A stretch of 63,651 nucleotides of DNA, the filler included, from Salisapilia sapeloensis CBS 127946 (lineage: Eukaryota > Protista > Oomycota): assembly GCA_023334545.1 (NCBI GenBank). It is 9 parts of 9 records of this genome, joined end to end, with 100 filler letters (N's around TTAATTAATTAA, not from the genome) between each part and the next. Parts side by side here need not be neighbours in the genome. Positions count along the whole stretch, not along the records: positions 10,631 to 12,891 come from JAADVB010000929.1; positions 12,992 to 15,413 come from JAADVB010000906.1; positions 15,514 to 38,556 come from JAADVB010000270.1; 6 more parts are not named here. One strand, 5' to 3'. This document shows positions 10,631 to 22,235 of the stretch, one piece after another. Under the pieces are notes generated by a model. That model worked only from the letters and a program-made list of their open reading frames with translations, had not been told where the DNA came from and ran no database searches. Position 1 is the stretch's first letter, and the number at the start of each line of letters is the position of its first letter. The position numbers and the translations under genes were made by a program.

Positions 10631-12891
10631 TTGAATAGCAGAGTCACTAAGCCGGGATAAAAAGTTACGCTCCTTCTCTAGCACAACCCAGCAGTCGTAT
10701 CCACTTCGCGTGTCAAAGTACGTGACTCCCTTAAAGTTAAAATTGTCGCGTTCGATCAGGAAGGCGGCAACATTATGGAGAGGCACGCTAGCGAGCAACG
10801 CACCTGCATCAATAATCGCACTCAATGTCTGTTTGAGTGCTAACGTGACGACTTTCTGCCATACGATGCAGTTTGCTATGCCACTGCAAATGACTTCGAA
10901 GTCTCGATTTTCCTTTAAGATCAAGTCGAGCATCTTACCATCCCGTACCACGAAGCGACTGCTCGTTCGGCTCGTATTGCTTGACCGACAATGGGAGCAA
11001 ACGGTGGTTGTCCTTCGTCCCAGAAAAGCCCGTCACTTGTTCTCCAGCAGCAAGGTTCCATGCTGTCCGCGACAGTCTTTGAGAATACTGAGTGGTATCA
11101 GTTGGGAGCACGTGTTAGTTGAGGAAAGCGTTAATCACAGGCGTCGAATACCGATACGTCGCAATGATGAGTTCTCGCTGGCTTTGATCGCTGAGGCTAA
11201 TAAAGTCCACACTTCGTAGCGTGTCGAATGTTTCCTGCTTGAGCCGATCTTTGACAGAACCGAACCATTTATAGTAGTGATACTTTTGGCTGGACACATC
11301 CAGGCGTAGTACAGTCTTGAAGATGCTGATGACCTCCCTGTTCTCTAATCCAGACTGGTAGTACGACAGCTGTGTCAACAGGATGCTGACGTCCGGGTGA
11401 CTGAATTCGGACCGATCACTAGACAAATCCAGCAGCTCGAAATGGAACTACTAGTCGCTTTTTGCGAGATCCTCGTACTGGCAATCCATACTCTACTCGA
11501 TGGCGCTTCAGGAAGCAATGCTCCAAGATTCCGTATGTTACGAGGCGACGAAGAGCTTCAATACTCTCCTGCATTAGCTTGAGATTATGCAAGGAGATAT
11601 CCAAGCCTCGATGGAAAGGTTGCTCCAAGAATGCCAGTCCAGCGGCAGTGACCGTCAGGTAGCGATGCATATAGTGACGTATCTCAGTCAGCAATGGGGT
11701 GAGGAAATGAGTGCGAACGATTTCATTTGGTCGATGCTGGCTAAAGTACAGCAGGAGCATAGGAAGAATAACTCTTGTCTTGCCTCGACCCATGTTGAAC
11801 TGACAAATTGCGCCTCGGTTGTCGATCAAATGCTTGGCGATCACATACTGCTTGTGCCGAATTTGGATACAGCCTTCCACTTCGAATACCAGCCATAATC
11901 GGTGCTCCCTGCTATCCCACTCACGAACACAGTGTAAGTCATCGATCAAATGCTGGAGCGACACGGATTGCAGGTGCTACCCACGATACGTTAGCCGATT
12001 TAGCTTATCTTCAAGTACGCACAGTTCCATGAATATCAGAGCTGCCTTTTGAAATCCCTGGCGGGATGAATGACTTAGTCTAGGAGCTAGACGCACAAGT
12101 GTCGACATATTGAAAGAGGGTCGCACGATATTCACCACTGTCAACTTGGGTACGCAATTCGCAGTAGCCAACAGGCGGTCTCGGTCACTGCCTCGAGCTT
12201 GAATGACAGCTTGATGCAAGTACTTTTCCATTGCTATCCGGAGGAGACGTACTTTGTTTAAGTACTCTTGAGCTAGTTTCAAAATATCAGGAAGCTTTGT
12301 CAAGATTTCCATTTGACCATGGCTTTGCCGAGCACTCCAACTTTCCACCAGTTCCTCTTGCATTTCGTGTCCCATTTGGCTTTGCGCTTATTTGGACAGT
12401 AGAAACTCCTTCGACTCGCTGTTTATCTGCAAATGAACCAACTTTGATAACTCCTGCTCCAATTCTTTGACAAACATTTGATCAATAGGCGGCGACGAGA
12501 TCTCCATGGCCGCCATCTTGCCGTGCAGACTTGCATTTCTACTCGTCACGACATGTCCAAGAATATTTTTTTCTTCTTGCAAACTAAAGCGATGGCGCAA
12601 CCAATTCCGTGCCGGGGTGGAAGCACACATTGCGTGGTACTAGTCTTTCTGATCAATGTAGCTTTGCTTCGCTTGTCCATCGCTTGGCATTTGGAATAAA
12701 AACCTGTTCCGGTTGGCTTTACCCAGCAAATGCTCGACAAAGATCGGAATTGTCGGCTCCGTGTATCCGCACTTGACGACATTCTTCAGCAGAGCCTCTT
12801 CCGTCGACGAATAATGCCGACTACTGCGACACGCACGCAATGTCTGCAGCGCTGCTTCCGCACCGGTCATCTGAAGCCGATCATCGGGCAA
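10631..12891 (-). pseudogene. DUF3638/DUF3645-family large protein pseudogene (fills contig C3)
   Basis: Motifs WLVFEVEG..QIR..QY, QFNMGRGKTRVILPML, KRHRVEYG, RLVVPFRAA, SEFSHPDVSILLTQLSYY and GFSGTKDNHRLLP are collinear. They are interrupted by in-frame stops (12640, 12388, 11977, 11115) and single-base frameshifts (about 11429, 11036, 10943). Confidence 0.88.
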
Positions 12892-12991
12892 NNNNNNNNN
12901 NNNNNNNNNNNNNNNNNNNNNNNNNNNNNNNNNNNTTAATTAATTAANNNNNNNNNNNNNNNNNNNNNNNNNNNNNNNNNNNNNNNNNNNN

Positions 12992-13730
12992 AATGCCTTC
13001 CGGGGTGTTGATATAGTCGACGCACTCTTGCTTGGTCTCGGCAATGAGACGAGCAATCTTCTGCCTCAGGTACTTCATTGCTAGGTGGTCAATGCCTTCT
13101 TCATGCGTTAGCATGTATGAACGAATCAGCAGCGCTATCCATTGGCACCGATGCGGCTCCACAGCCACGAGACATGGCTTGGCTACTTCTGTGCCAGTTG
13201 CTGCAAGCTTCTCTTGGTCGATGCAGGCACAGCGCTGGAAGTTGACGGCCATTTCCACGGACGCTTTCGTACGTTCATCCTCAAAGTTTTCCAATGCGTC
13301 TTCGACTTCTTCAGGCAGGTACTCGTCAAACCCAAAGATAGGGTCGTCTGGATGCGTCTCCTTTCTCAGTTCCTCCAGCTTTGGCAGTAGCCTAGAATAA
13401 AACTCCTTTCAGACAACGCCGTAGAACTCTAACGGCTCCACGTTCTCCGAGATGGTATGCATCGCCTTAGGCGCGAATATAAATAAGATGCTTTCTTTGA
13501 TATCGCATCCAGGAGCTGTAGCTTCCTCCTTTGCCACTTCTTCTTCCGCAAACACCAGGATACGCTGTAAGAGCTCAATGATACCCCGCCGACTGATGTA
13601 GACAAAGTCTGCCAGTTGTCTCCCATGTACATCAGCTGAAAATGCAGCTGACGATGCAGCTGACAAGAAAATGTAAAGATTTTTCTCAGGTGCGTATCCT
13701 GAAGGCTTCAGTCGCCAGAAGAGAGGGGCA
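12992..13730 (-). pseudogene. Disrupted coding fragment, product unknown
   Basis: One frame continues through an in-frame TGA at 13409-13411 (FYGVV*KEFYSRLLPKLEEL...) to the contig end; no in-frame ATG upstream. Confidence 0.5.
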
Positions 13731-13757
13731 TCCTAAATTTGTTTCGTTACACTAAAG

Positions 13758-13859
13758 CTACTTTGACGGATATTCGTTTTGTTATGATAATTGTGATAGG
13801 ATAATCATATAAGAACTACTTTGCGCGGATATTCGTTTTTTGTTGTGATAGGTAATCAT
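13758..13859. repeat. Imperfect tandem duplication of about 50 bp
   Basis: ctactttg..ggatattcgtttt..gtgatagg.taatcat at 13758-13808 and again at 13816-13859. Confidence 0.8.
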
Positions 13860-13960
13860 GCATTATCAGGGTCTGCTTTGTCAATTGCAAAATTGCAAAA
13901 ATCTTGGTCAGCTGAAACCAGATTACCAGTGGTTGATCAGGCAGTTCATTTTCCAAATAG

Positions 13961-14259
13961 AGCGCACCAACCCAGTAGATCCAAGCGCTTCTACAAGAAG
14001 CGCAAGGTGAGCGCGGCGATGGCGGCTCGCCTCCATTCGGTAACTTTATTTACAACTTATTTTATTATTTATTTTCTAGGAAATAATTCCTCAACTTGTC
14101 GAAGAAAAAGTCGAGGCGGAGGCGGCGAAGGATGCCGCGCTAGCGGTCCAAGAAGTGACCGGTTTCGCCACCGTCCGCGCGCGCATCGATGCCGAACAGC
14201 AGCGCGTCGACGAACTCATCGCTAAGGTCGAGGAAGAAGAGAGTAAAGCAGAGAATTGA
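13961..14259 (+). CDS. 3' fragment of a small coiled-coil gene (two exons, no start found)
   Basis: ...SKRFYKKRK|EIIPQLVEEKVEAEAAKDAALAVQEVTGFATVRARIDAEQQRVDELIAKVEEEESKAEN*. GT-AG intron 14007-14079 is in phase 0. Confidence 0.5.
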
Positions 14260-14339
14260 TTTCATTGCTTTCTATTTTTTGTTAACTTCTATTTAACTTC
14301 CCTCTGCCCCGATGCACGCGAGGAAATGGAGCATGCGGA

Positions 14340-15413
14340 CATACTGCTCGCACAGAGCGTCGAGTTCTTCTAGCTGTGAGACCGACAGCTCTAGCTTACT
14401 GGACGTCACGTGGACATAGTGCAGGAGTTCTAAGCGATAGCCGATTGCGTTTTGATACGCCATGGACGTCGTGTCGGTGGATCGAGGCGAGAAGGCGGCG
14501 AGTTCCTGGAATAAGAGCTGCACGAGCACATGCTGCTGCTTGAGCTCTTCGACGATGACGGCCTGGTCGGCTCGATAGGACTCGACGAGGAACTTGAGCA
14601 GCTCGAGGAACTTGGTGGCAGCTTTATCCGGCGTCAGTAGCGGCTCCTCCTCCTCCACTGTCGCCTCTCCTGCAGCCGACGCCTTCAGTCCGTCGATGCA
14701 CTCGTTCAGCAGTTGCTGCCGTAACGGCTGACCGAAAGGAGCGCGTAGGCCTTCGAGGAAAAAGTCTCGCAGCTGTCGCGTAAGGCGTAAGCTTTCGACG
14801 GAGCAGTAGAGGTGGATGGTCCACAGGAGCTGGAGGACGCTTGTGGTCACTTGCTGACTGCGTTCGAGCAGCAGACTGGGGCAGCTGGACGCGAGGCGAT
14901 GGAGAAACGCCACGACTTCCGGACATGCCTCCTTCTTTCCGAGACAAGAGCATAGGCTCGAGTGCATATACTCGACAAGATGCAGCAAGAGTTCGTCCGA
15001 CAGCACCGGGACGGTCGTGATCACGAGGTTGTGCACTTCTTCCGCCAGCGCATGGTCTTTCTGGAGACAAGAGTCCCAGATGACGTCGAGGTAGTGCTCA
15101 TCGAGGCTCTGGCTCTCGGCGAGGAACTTGACCAACGGCGCGATGCGAGGCACGATCTGGTGGTGGATGCCGTCTCCGAAGCAGTTCTCGACGATCTTTT
15201 GGTCTCGGATCCAGGCGATCAGGACTTGGTCCAGACGCTGCGAGTGGTCCTGTCCTTCGTCCTCATCGATCGGACCAGGCGACAGCTCCGGTGGAGGCTC
15301 CTCTCCTTTCCCCGTGACGACCCAGTGGTGCGTCGGCGGGAGGTACTCTTCGTACTGCGACTGGTGCTGGTAGTAGTCAATGTCCTGGTCAGAGCCTGGC
15401 TGCATCTTGTCTG
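14340..15413 (-). CDS. USP9X/USP24/USP34-like deubiquitinase, N-terminal armadillo-like region (partial)
   Basis: WIRDQKIVENCFGDGIHHQIVPRIAPLVKFLA..LDEHYLDVIWD matches the conserved N-terminal block of this USP group. The frame ends near a GTATGT donor at about 14345 and no downstream exon is evident. Confidence 0.65.
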
Positions 15414-15937
15414 NNNNNNNNNNNNNNNNNNNNNNNNNNNNNNNNNNNNNNNNNNNNTTAATTAATTAANNNNNNNNNNNNNNNNNNNNNNNNNNNNNNN
15501 NNNNNNNNNNNNNCGCGAGCTTTTCTATCGGCTGATCCCAATCGCCTTCGAGATGGGAAGCTCGGCCATCCTAACGGAAGCATGTATGTATCATGCGCTA
15601 GCTACGAACCGTGTGGACCTTTACAATCCTGGACCATCAAGAGAGCATTGACCCGACAGTCATAGTATCCAAGTGGTTACATAAGATCACTCATCCACTT
15701 GAATGAAACGAATGCAGCGTAAACACCTTTCACTAAAAAAATTGAAAACAAAGTTTTATATTTAAAAACTTTTTTTAGCTGTCACCCACTACAAACTTCT
15801 AGATAAATCCTGTACCGTAACTTGAAGTAAAAAATTTATATCGAATTCTACTTCAGTTCCTAGCTTGTAGCTGCCTTCATTTCTAGTTTAATCCGACCGA
15901 TCACAAGTAGTTTGAAGCAAGAAGAAACCAAGTCAAC

Positions 15938-16501
15938 ATGCTATCTCCGTGGGAACGCGTTCGACCTCAGCGATGGCACGCAGATGCTGCATTCGAGTCC
16001 TCATTGCAAGACTTGGAGCATATGAGTGACCACATGAACCAATTGGGCAACCCATTCTCTCGCGACCTATGGGCAGACACGGGCTTTGATTCCGATGACG
16101 ACTTCTTTGCGGACTTGCCTATGCACAAGGTAAGTGGCAAGAAGCAAAAGACCGAGAGTGACCAGTCGGCGTCGACGGACTCGGATGATGATCCGGAAGG
16201 CAAACGCGGATACTCGAGCTACTCGTACAGCAGCTCATCTATCATGGACGACAATGGAAAGCCTGTCAAGAGCACGCGTCGCCACTACACGGATTCTCGC
16301 GGTCGTATGAAAGCTATTCACGATCGCGAGTACAATGGCAAGAAGCTCCGATCTACGTGGCACCGTCGAAACAAGGATGACGAAGGTACGTACGAGACCA
16401 TTTGCTCGGACGGTACGCCGGAAGACTTTGAAAAGCTATGGTCTGGCACGGTCTTTGGTCAGAACGATACGAAGCGGATCCAAGACAAGGATTCGGACTA
16501 A
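15938..16501 (+). CDS. Myeloid-leukemia-factor-like small acidic protein (187 aa)
   Basis: ATG ORF with SYSYSSSSIMDDNGKPVKSTRRHYTDSRG, an MLF-like beta-hairpin pattern; intronless. Confidence 0.55.
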   Translation: MLSPWERVRPQRWHADAAFESSLQDLEHMSDHMNQLGNPFSRDLWADTGFDSDDDFFADLPMHKVSGKKQKTESDQSASTDSDDDPEGKRGYSSYSYSSSSIMDDNGKPVKSTRRHYTDSRGRMKAIHDREYNGKKLRSTWHRRNKDDEGTYETICSDGTPEDFEKLWSGTVFGQNDTKRIQDKDSD

Positions 16502-16571
16502 TACAAATGATTTTTAACCCAACGATGATTTCCTTACAGTCTCCTACTCGTACTATGGTTACAAGTACATC

Positions 16572-17812
<1,241 letters not shown>

Positions 17813-17863
17813 CCTGCTAATTCGAAAATACCGCTTATAGGATCGAGCTGACGCCTCAAGGTG

Positions 17864-17899
17864 ATTGCGCAATATATACCTTTCAGCTGATTGCGCAAT
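17864..17899. promoter_or_regulatory. Twin perfect palindromes ATTGCGCAAT (bZIP C/EBP-type site) in the LEU2 / ATPase-alpha-like divergent promoter
   Basis: TGATTGCGCAATA occurs twice; palindrome cores at 17864-17873 and 17890-17899, inside a 179-bp head-to-head intergenic region. Confidence 0.55.
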
Positions 17900-17991
17900 A
17901 AGTATTTTTCATCTGATTCGTGGAAATATGATTGAAATTTAACCAATCAGCATGTGATAGATATAACACGCTATTTTACGACACGATCGGC

Positions 17992-19830
17992 ATGTTGGGT
18001 ATTAGGAGATCAGTGGGAGCGCTTGTGCGACGTACTGTAGCTCAACGGAGTACGCATCGATATGTACATACGTCCCAAGTGGTCTTGCAAGCTATTGGCG
18101 GCAAACGATTGACTGAATCATCGGAAACGATGCTCTTACAGCAGCTAACGGAGGCTATGGAGGATAAGCCGGACGCCAATGATGCACAGGATCCTTCGAA
18201 AGACCGACGTGCCTTTGCAGGTACCATCATGGATGTGAAGAACCACATTGCAACGGTGTCAGGACTACGTAATGTTACCATTGGTTCTAGCATCGCTATT
18301 TACGCCAAAAATGCTGCAGACGAAGAGAAGTCTCCCGTCTGTAGTGGCATCGTCCTGTTTCTCGGAACGCATGAGACTCAAATCGCTTTATTTCCACGTG
18401 ATGCAGCCATCGAATCTGTGAGAAACGTATCACTAGGTATGAAAGCCGAGATGGTAGCCAAGCATCTCGAGATCCCTGTGAACCCCGTCCGTCTCACTGG
18501 CCACGTCATCGATCCACTCGGCAATGTCATCGACATGGGCACAGCACCTAAATCTGACCAACCAGAGCCAACGGATGACTCTCTATCATTAGCATGGGGA
18601 GCTAGCAACATCCCGTCTATCCACCAACGTACGTCCTTCCAAGAGCCATTCGAAACCGGCATTTCTGCCATCGATTGCTTCAAACCACTTGCATTCGGAT
18701 ATCGATTTGGTATCTACGGACCGAAGAATACGGGCAAAACTAGACTCGTACTAGACATTCTTGCGAGGCACATCCAACAAGCACAGGAGCGGAAGCAAGA
18801 GGTTCCACACATTGTCTACGTGTGCATCGGGAAGACGTCCCAACGTCTCCACCAGGTCGTCGATCTCCTGAAACAAGCTGACGTACTACAACACACGACT
18901 GTCATATCAGCAGATGACCGTAGCTCCTCCATCCTGCAGTTTCTCGCGCCATTCACTGGCTGCTCCGTCGCCGAATACTTTATGCGCTTGGGTAGTCGCA
19001 AGAGCATCGTCGTGTACGATGATTTGGCCACGCACATCCAGGCAGTCGAGTCTCTTGTCCAATCCATGCAGCTCCCAAGCGCTTCGACGCTAAGTCTCTG
19101 CGGCCACGCCGTGTTGATGGAGCGCTCTGCACCTCTTGTCGACGAGACTTCGGGCGCATACGAGTCGCTTACATCCTTAGTCCTTGCCGATACACCGGAT
19201 GATCATAGTGACGAAAGCGCAGAGATCGTCGCGACGCAAGGCAACGCCGACTTATTCCGTGAACGCATGATGTCGATCGTAGATGACTCGATTGTCCTCT
19301 TACGACGTCTCGCGAGGGAACGAGTGTACCCTCCATTAGACGTGTGTGCTCCAGGCGGATCGATTCGTGGACCACCGTTCCAATCGACTATGCTCTGGCG
19401 ATGCGTCCGGACGTTGCGTGCGAGACTGAACACGTCGTCGCAAGTCCAAGCTGCTGCAACGGCTGCAAGTGAGCTCGGACTCGAAGTGGAACCAGAAGCA
19501 GCGGAAGTCATGGACTATCAGGATCTCGTGCGAGCGTTCTTTAAAGAACAGACACTCGTGCGACGTACGGACGTGGAGAAGACGCTCGGTGTTTTCTTCC
19601 TCGCGACAGTTCCGACTGGTAAACTGCCCCCAGGTCTCGACTTTCTCAGTTTCTTGAAAGAAGCGAGTGAAAGGTTCATGAACGAGTATCCGGAGGTTTG
19701 GCATGCGATTGAGACGCATTCGACTACGGAAGAATGGAGTAAGGAGATGCAGGATCAAGTGTCAGAGACCTTGTTGACGTATCTCAAGGAGCATAAGACG
19801 GATCCGACACCAGCTTTTACACCGTGGTAG
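17992..19830 (+). CDS. Divergent F1-ATP synthase alpha-subunit paralog with predicted mitochondrial presequence (612 aa, intronless)
   Basis: Alpha-type motifs IATVSGLRNV, GHVIDPLGN, PFETGISAIDCFKPL, Walker A GPKNTGKT, VYVCIG, LQFLAPFTGCSVAEYF, Walker B IVVYDDL and ERSAP. N-terminus MLGIRRSVGALVRRTVAQRS is Arg-rich and acid-free. Confidence 0.85.
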   Translation: MLGIRRSVGALVRRTVAQRSTHRYVHTSQVVLQAIGGKRLTESSETMLLQQLTEAMEDKPDANDAQDPSKDRRAFAGTIMDVKNHIATVSGLRNVTIGSSIAIYAKNAADEEKSPVCSGIVLFLGTHETQIALFPRDAAIESVRNVSLGMKAEMVAKHLEIPVNPVRLTGHVIDPLGNVIDMGTAPKSDQPEPTDDSLSLAWGASNIPSIHQRTSFQEPFETGISAIDCFKPLAFGYRFGIYGPKNTGKTRLVLDILARHIQQAQERKQEVPHIVYVCIGKTSQRLHQVVDLLKQADVLQHTTVISADDRSSSILQFLAPFTGCSVAEYFMRLGSRKSIVVYDDLATHIQAVESLVQSMQLPSASTLSLCGHAVLMERSAPLVDETSGAYESLTSLVLADTPDDHSDESAEIVATQGNADLFRERMMSIVDDSIVLLRRLARERVYPPLDVCAPGGSIRGPPFQSTMLWRCVRTLRARLNTSSQVQAAATAASELGLEVEPEAAEVMDYQDLVRAFFKEQTLVRRTDVEKTLGVFFLATVPTGKLPPGLDFLSFLKEASERFMNEYPEVWHAIETHSTTEEWSKEMQDQVSETLLTYLKEHKTDPTPAFTPW

Positions 19831-19870
19831 GAAAATAAAAAAGCACAAAGCAATGTTTTGGTAGCAAATC

Positions 19871-22144
19871 TTACTGCGTTTTAAAGTCTACATGAATAGT
19901 TCCTTCTGCAGCGTTAAAGGCAAAGCTCGACTCGAGCTTGTCGACTTTAGATGGCGGGAGGAATCGAACCAGCTGCTTGGCATGCACCACGGCAGGTCCA
20001 GTCGCAATGACATGAGTGCCGTCCTTGTCTAAAGAGTATTCCACCCACACGACCACGCCATTGGCAGTCGGTGGGAGTGGACTTGTCACTTGGTTCTGGA
20101 CACTGTGTGCCTTGTCGGTAAAGTTCCATCGACCGAGCTCAATCACGTCCGACACAGCTTCGTGCTCGTACATGTACACTGGGAAAGGGAAGTTTCGGTT
20201 GTAGTACTCTTCCTGGAAAATATCAAACGAGCTATGGTCAAAGCCACAGACTTGTCCGACGGCACCGAAACACTTTTGAAGGTGCGTGAACTCGACTGCC
20301 TGAGCACATACGCGAGCAGATGCAGGTAGCACAGTCGCATCAGGACTGAGTAAGTGGTCGACAGCGGATCGACGTAGCCAAAAGTTAAGCGCTTGCCATA
20401 GTGGCAAGTTCTGCATCGAATAGTAGAACGGTTCGGCTACGAGCAAGTCTACAGGTTTCGATGTATGGAGGTGGTCTAATACTAGACCTTGGCAACCAGC
20501 ATGCAGGACTTCACATTGTTCTGAGAAGCCATTTGCTTGTAGGATCTGATCATAGACACGAGCAGATACATCTTTCGACTCTATCGAAGTAACATGTTCT
20601 ACGCCTCTAGAAGCTGCAAGCAAAGAACAAAGAGAACCATCACTGACATCAAGACACGAGATCGGAGTGCCAGATCCACGAGCACGAAGGCTTTGAACAG
20701 CATCCGAGATGGCACTGTCAAACTTCTGTCGTCGATCAGAGTTGGTAAGCATGGAGATTCGCTCTGGGTTACTGACAAGGTGGAGGCCACATGTACACAT
20801 GAGCGGAGACTCTCGACTGTTCTTGGTGTCCGAGTGTGCAAGATCAAACCAAAGTCGGATGTCGTCGTGGGTGGACTGGAGCATCAAGGAATCGTTTGAT
20901 GAGACGCTAATAGAGGAAGCAAGTGGACAGACGACTTGTACCCAATGGTCTTGCCAGTTCTGAGCATGAGCTCGTGTCGAGTATACGATTTCATGCTCCT
21001 TGTCGAACACAACTTCCCACCAGACAAGCACAGCGTGTGCCGTTCCGTCAGTCGTCGTCAGCATCGTATGGCGAGACGTACGCGCACTGCGCTCTTGCTC
21101 ATTCTTCTTGGTAAAGTCAAAAGAAAGTATTTTTGCAGGCTCCGTCAGCAGTTTGGTCGAATCATGGAAAGCAGCAATATGAAGTGGAATTGCAGGTCGG
21201 CCTCCCGTGCATGCTGTCACGTCCTTGTTATCAACATTCATGTCTCGAGCGAGACGAACGTGCTTGTCGTTCAGTTCTAGATCTGCCGCAGCATTCAATC
21301 GATACAGCGTTTCATTCTCTACTACTTGTACAAAGACATTGGCATGCTCAGGTACGATGACAGCATTCTCCACGAGCAAATGCTCCTTTGCATGGCGGAG
21401 TGTAGGCAGGACAGCTTCTCCGAGTAAAGCTGAATCAAAGAGCTCAGATACGAGCATATCGGCGCGTTGGGGCAAGTGTGCATTGGGGTCGTCACCAACA
21501 ACTAAGTCAGTCGACTTGCACGGGAACACGGTGATCCTGTCGTCCGGGAAATTGTGTTTGGTAACCTTGGTGGCGACTTGAGCCATCGGCTCGAACATTT
21601 CGCACGCGTAGACGTGCTCAGCTCCATGACGAGCTGCGAGCATCGACAATAAGCCTGTACCAGTACCAATATCTAGTACAATCGGCTTCCGTTCATGAGT
21701 CTCAATAAAAGCAGAGATAGCTTTGTGTAAAGCTCGCGAGTAGCATTCGTTTCGGTCATTATCACGCAGCATGGAAGTCATTTGGGACATCGCCATGACT
21801 TGGTTATACGTGCTCTCGCGACTATCCTCCGGTTCGATCCACATGAGTCCTCCGGCAGCTGGATTCAGCTGAGCTTGCAACAGAACCTTGGACGAGCCTT
21901 GGACAAGTGAAGCTGGGTCCTCGTCATCTTCATAGTACTCATATGGAACGTCCACAACGACAGTCTCTTCAGCCGCCGCAGTCTCAATTGCGTCTTCCAA
22001 TGACACCCCAGGTGCATTACCAGGCGCCGAAGTGCCTTCTCCAGCAAGACCACCGCCGTACTTGTCCACGCCAGCGTACATGATCTCTTGGCCAACGAAA
22101 CTTTGTGGTCCACACTTGCTCTGAAACTCCTCAAGATCGTCCAC
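19871..22144 (-). CDS. PRMT7: Protein arginine N-methyltransferase 7 (tandem methyltransferase modules)
   Basis: SMLRDNDRNECY, VLDIGTGTGLLSMLAARHGA, YACEMF, double-E loop SELFDSALLGE and QDHWVQ; degenerate second module (CLDVSDGSL, LVAEPFY). Confidence 0.93.
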   Translation of the reverse strand: MDDLEEFQSKCGPQSFVGQEIMYAGVDKYGGGLAGEGTSAPGNAPGVSLEDAIETAAAEETVVVDVPYEYYEDDEDPASLVQGSSKVLLQAQLNPAAGGLMWIEPEDSRESTYNQVMAMSQMTSMLRDNDRNECYSRALHKAISAFIETHERKPIVLDIGTGTGLLSMLAARHGAEHVYACEMFEPMAQVATKVTKHNFPDDRITVFPCKSTDLVVGDDPNAHLPQRADMLVSELFDSALLGEAVLPTLRHAKEHLLVENAVIVPEHANVFVQVVENETLYRLNAAADLELNDKHVRLARDMNVDNKDVTACTGGRPAIPLHIAAFHDSTKLLTEPAKILSFDFTKKNEQERSARTSRHTMLTTTDGTAHAVLVWWEVVFDKEHEIVYSTRAHAQNWQDHWVQVVCPLASSISVSSNDSLMLQSTHDDIRLWFDLAHSDTKNSRESPLMCTCGLHLVSNPERISMLTNSDRRQKFDSAISDAVQSLRARGSGTPISCLDVSDGSLCSLLAASRGVEHVTSIESKDVSARVYDQILQANGFSEQCEVLHAGCQGLVLDHLHTSKPVDLLVAEPFYYSMQNLPLWQALNFWLRRSAVDHLLSPDATVLPASARVCAQAVEFTHLQKCFGAVGQVCGFDHSSFDIFQEEYYNRNFPFPVYMYEHEAVSDVIELGRWNFTDKAHSVQNQVTSPLPPTANGVVVWVEYSLDKDGTHVIATGPAVVHAKQLVRFLPPSKVDKLESSFAFNAAEGTIHVDFKTQ

Positions 22145-22235
22145 AGCGCCTCAAGTGACCTCGTCCGACGTGATCTTAGTTTCACATCGGCAGCATTCAT
22201 CTCATCAATTGGCTACTGTACCAACTAACGCAATC

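Noticed and set aside
10631-13730. Stop-codon reassignment as the explanation for the in-frame stops
   Set aside because: All three stop types occur together with frameshifts, and neighbouring genes use the standard code; pseudogenisation is simpler.
15514-15590. Possible exon fragment RELFYRLIPIAFEMGSSAILTEA at the start of C5
   Set aside because: Too short to assign, and no consistent downstream exon was found.
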